Shown here: positions 61,594 to 64,000 of the stretch, piece after piece
Layout of the letters: each line of letters opens with the position of its first letter
Position numbering within the stretch: the stretch's first letter is position 1
Assembly: GCA_965214095.1 (NCBI GenBank)
Contig: OZ243938.1
Span: 1,728,001-1,792,000, forward strand
DNA: 64,000 bases
Origin: Candidatus Poribacteria bacterium
Lineage (GTDB): Bacteria > Poribacteria > WGA-4E > WGA-3G
Direction of reading: 5' to 3'
Translations under genes and position numbers: made by a program
The notes under the pieces: generated by a model
The model's input: the letters and a program-made list of their open reading frames with translations, nothing else
What the model was told of the DNA's origin: nothing
Databases searched by the model: none

Positions 61594-62153
61594 ACTGCTT
61601 ACAAACTGAGGAACACTTTTCTGCCCATTATGAAGATTCGCTTGACTATCAAACGTTACAGCAGTTTGAATCACACATAGATGAATGTCAAGGATGTGAA
61701 CAAGAGTATACGTTATTCCGCGAATCTGTCCAAGCATCACAGCAATTACCGCAGATAGAACCTTCACCCTCATTTTCGTCAACATTACAACAACGTCTTT
61801 CTGAAGAAGAACGCGAGACGTTCTCCTTTTGGCAACGGTTGCGACATAATTTTATCATACCAAAGTGGGGTTACGGTTTCGCAGTTATTTTGATATTAGC
61901 ATCTTCCGTTTCATTCCTATACTACGATGATGTATTCAATGGGAGTCCCCAATCTGATGTAAATGGTGAATTCATTAGTGCACCAGGTTCTAATTCGCAA
62001 ACGCAATTTTCTTCCGAGATTGATGATCGCTTCCTGCCGCGTAGTTTCGGAGGAATTGATTCTGCATTTACCACATCATCACAACCGATGCAGCGGAACT
62101 ATGTTTTAAAGCGCGTGAGTTATACTACTACATCAACCGCTGGCGGGTTATAG
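61590..62153 (+). CDS. Zinc-binding (zf-HC2) membrane anti-sigma factor
   Basis: HIDECQGC (HxxxCxxC), one TM helix, overlaps the sigma stop codon (ATATGA..). Confidence 0.9.
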   Translation: MNCLQTEEHFSAHYEDSLDYQTLQQFESHIDECQGCEQEYTLFRESVQASQQLPQIEPSPSFSSTLQQRLSEEERETFSFWQRLRHNFIIPKWGYGFAVILILASSVSFLYYDDVFNGSPQSDVNGEFISAPGSNSQTQFSSEIDDRFLPRSFGGIDSAFTTSSQPMQRNYVLKRVSYTTTSTAGGL

Positions 62154-62205
62154 TTCTCCTTATGGAGTCCGATAAAACAAAGTTATTCAGTAAGAGGATA
62201 AATAC

Positions 62206-63267
62206 ATGGTTATCAAGAAATCTCAACAAAATATAGACAAAATATATCTTTGCAAAGCGTTTGGAATAGTGTTCTTTCTATTTCACATCTTTGTATTGAC
62301 ACCGAGTTTTGCGAAAGAAAGTGTATTGCAGCAATTGGAAAAAGATTTTAAGAAAGTTGTAATCACCTCCCGTCCAGCAGTCGTCAAAGTAATAGCAACA
62401 CATCACACGACAGCACAATTCCCGAACAACATACACAAAATGAATGTGTCTCAGCAAAGCATCAGTTCTGGTATTATTCTTGATAAGAATGGACACATTG
62501 TAACAACAACTTTTGATTTCCTCCCCAACACAGTTGAGGTAGTCTTGAATAACAAAGAACGTGTCCCTGCTAAACTTATCGGGATGGACGACCTAACCGA
62601 TATTGTTGTGCTTAAGACAGAAAATAAAATGCCAGTTCAAGTAAAACAAGGGGATACAAAACAGATAGATACCGGTTCCTGGGTCCTCACCTTAGCAAAT
62701 TCTCGTGGCAGTCATCCTATCATCTCATTTGGCATCGTTAGCGGGATGGAAATATTACCAGATCGTCCCTGTGATGAGTTGATTAAAATCAATACACCTA
62801 TTTCTCCGGGGAATAGTGGAGGTGTCGTAGTAAATACTTCAGGGGAGATTGTCGGCATGCTTCTGGCTGTGCTTTCTGAACCTTATTTGCAAGATCCTTT
62901 TATGCCTCAATTTGCTTTTCCAGCATTCAATAGACCAGGAATTGCTTTTGCTGTCCCAATAGAAACAGTGAAATCTGTTGCAACAGAAATAATACAACAT
63001 GGTAAGGTACGTCGCGGTTGGCTTGGCGTTACAATTGAAACAAAGGATTTCGGTGTGTTTGTTACACGGGTGGATGAGAACAGTCCCGCGCATAAGAGTG
63101 GAATTTTACCGAGGGACGTTATACTTGAATTCGAGGATGAACCCGTAACAACCTATACCCAACTGTTAAGGTGCGTTGGTACCAAACGACCCAATACTGA
63201 AATCAAACTTAGAATCAATAGAAACGGGAACGAACAGAACTATACCATAAAACTTGGTGAACGGTAG
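62206..63267 (+). CDS. HtrA/DegP-family trypsin-like protein with one PDZ domain
   Basis: TDIVVLK, ISPGNSGG, FAVP, GKVRRGWLGV, SPAHKSGI..DVI motifs. Confidence 0.9.
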   Translation: MVIKKSQQNIDKIYLCKAFGIVFFLFHIFVLTPSFAKESVLQQLEKDFKKVVITSRPAVVKVIATHHTTAQFPNNIHKMNVSQQSISSGIILDKNGHIVTTTFDFLPNTVEVVLNNKERVPAKLIGMDDLTDIVVLKTENKMPVQVKQGDTKQIDTGSWVLTLANSRGSHPIISFGIVSGMEILPDRPCDELIKINTPISPGNSGGVVVNTSGEIVGMLLAVLSEPYLQDPFMPQFAFPAFNRPGIAFAVPIETVKSVATEIIQHGKVRRGWLGVTIETKDFGVFVTRVDENSPAHKSGILPRDVILEFEDEPVTTYTQLLRCVGTKRPNTEIKLRINRNGNEQNYTIKLGER

Positions 63268-63279
63268 CATTAGTGTATC

Positions 63280-64000
63280 CTATTTTAACCTGTTATATTC
63301 ATCAATATACGCTTGAGCAATATCCTTATTATTCTTTATTATCAGCAAGTTTTCACTGTTCCGTATCTCAGCATTTCTTGAGAAATTATAGGAACCAGTG
63401 ATGACCGTCTCCTCATCAATAATTATCACCTTGTGATGCATCGTCCCCGATGTTTCATCTATTTTTACATCCATTTCTGACTCTTGCATGAGATGATATT
63501 CGGAATATCTTGAAATCTGATTCTCATCAAACACACCACCTACTTTAATGCCGTTCTCATGTTGATCACGCATCGCCATCCCGATTTTATCGTGTGTAAA
63601 TGAAAATACCATGAAATTGATGGATTTTTGAGCAGAATTTAATTCATGCAATAGAGGTGGGATTGTCTGAGATCCTGGAGAGAAATATGTAAATATCTGT
63701 GTGCCATCACTCAGAGTTACTTGTGGATTTGGAATCTGCTCTTGAGGGAGTCTCTCTTCACCGCGTGATGAATAGATTACCTGAAATTCCTTTGTGAAGT
63801 TTTCTGCAAGTGGCACAGAATCAATCCACACTACGTTATTATCGTTCTTAAACGCGCCGTTGTAAGTCGTATTATAAGAACCTGTCCAGACATATCTTTG
63901 GTCAATAACGATGAATTTGTGGTGCATATAACCATCATTATCACCATCATCATGAACTGGGATCCCTTCTCTAAGTAACCTTTGTATTTCTTCCTCTTCT
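63280..64000 (-). CDS. Phospholipase D-family nuclease/lipase, 5' end outside the window
   Basis: Two HKD motifs (HHKFIVID..VWTGSYN and HHKVIIID..VITGSYN). Confidence 0.9.
   Translation of the reverse strand, partial: EEEEIQRLLREGIPVHDDGDNDGYMHHKFIVIDQRYVWTGSYNTTYNGAFKNDNNVVWIDSVPLAENFTKEFQVIYSSRGEERLPQEQIPNPQVTLSDGTQIFTYFSPGSQTIPPLLHELNSAQKSINFMVFSFTHDKIGMAMRDQHENGIKVGGVFDENQISRYSEYHLMQESEMDVKIDETSGTMHHKVIIIDEETVITGSYNFSRNAEIRNSENLLIIKNNKDIAQAYIDEYNRLK

Noticed and set aside
1-64000. tRNA, rRNA or known riboswitch
   Set aside because: No cloverleaf, rRNA-like conserved stretch or recognisable riboswitch consensus found by eye; an Rfam scan was not possible.

Overview
AT-rich (roughly 40-45% GC by eye) bacterial window. 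Its protein families (LPNYPNPFNPETWIPY-type C-terminal domains, dockerin/cohesin, WD40, LRR, cadherin, LamG ending in GKLTxTWADIK) suggest Candidatus Poribacteria or a relative; this is inference, not a search result. Bases 1-29 kb are a decaying accessory region with integrase, IS3, ISKra4/ISLre2-type and methyltransferase remnants, plus nonsense/frameshifted secreted-protein genes and small orphans. Bases 29.7-49.6 kb are a co-oriented array of large modular secreted proteins. Bases 50-64 kb hold sodC, LamG and lipoprotein genes, then a core-like block (uxaA-like, O-methyltransferase, ECF sigma/anti-sigma/HtrA, PLD). The strongest candidate for an undescribed system is a diversified surface-receptor repertoire with four components: (i) a ~105-aa 'PLTEATL' beta-rich repeat (15 complete copies plus 1 partial) with a conserved framework and two aromatic-rich hypervariable loops, including one case where 268 bp of framework is duplicated almost perfectly while the loop differs; (ii) VLR-like 24-aa LRRs; (iii) zinc peptidases with swappable LRR or WD40 modules; (iv) orphan 3' tails of the shared C-terminal domain plus a conserved intergenic linker, suggesting cassette-style gene exchange. 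Intergenic DNA also carries several distinct MITE families, most with a central GTAG-REP hairpin. No rRNA, tRNA, CRISPR array or reverse transcriptase was recognised.
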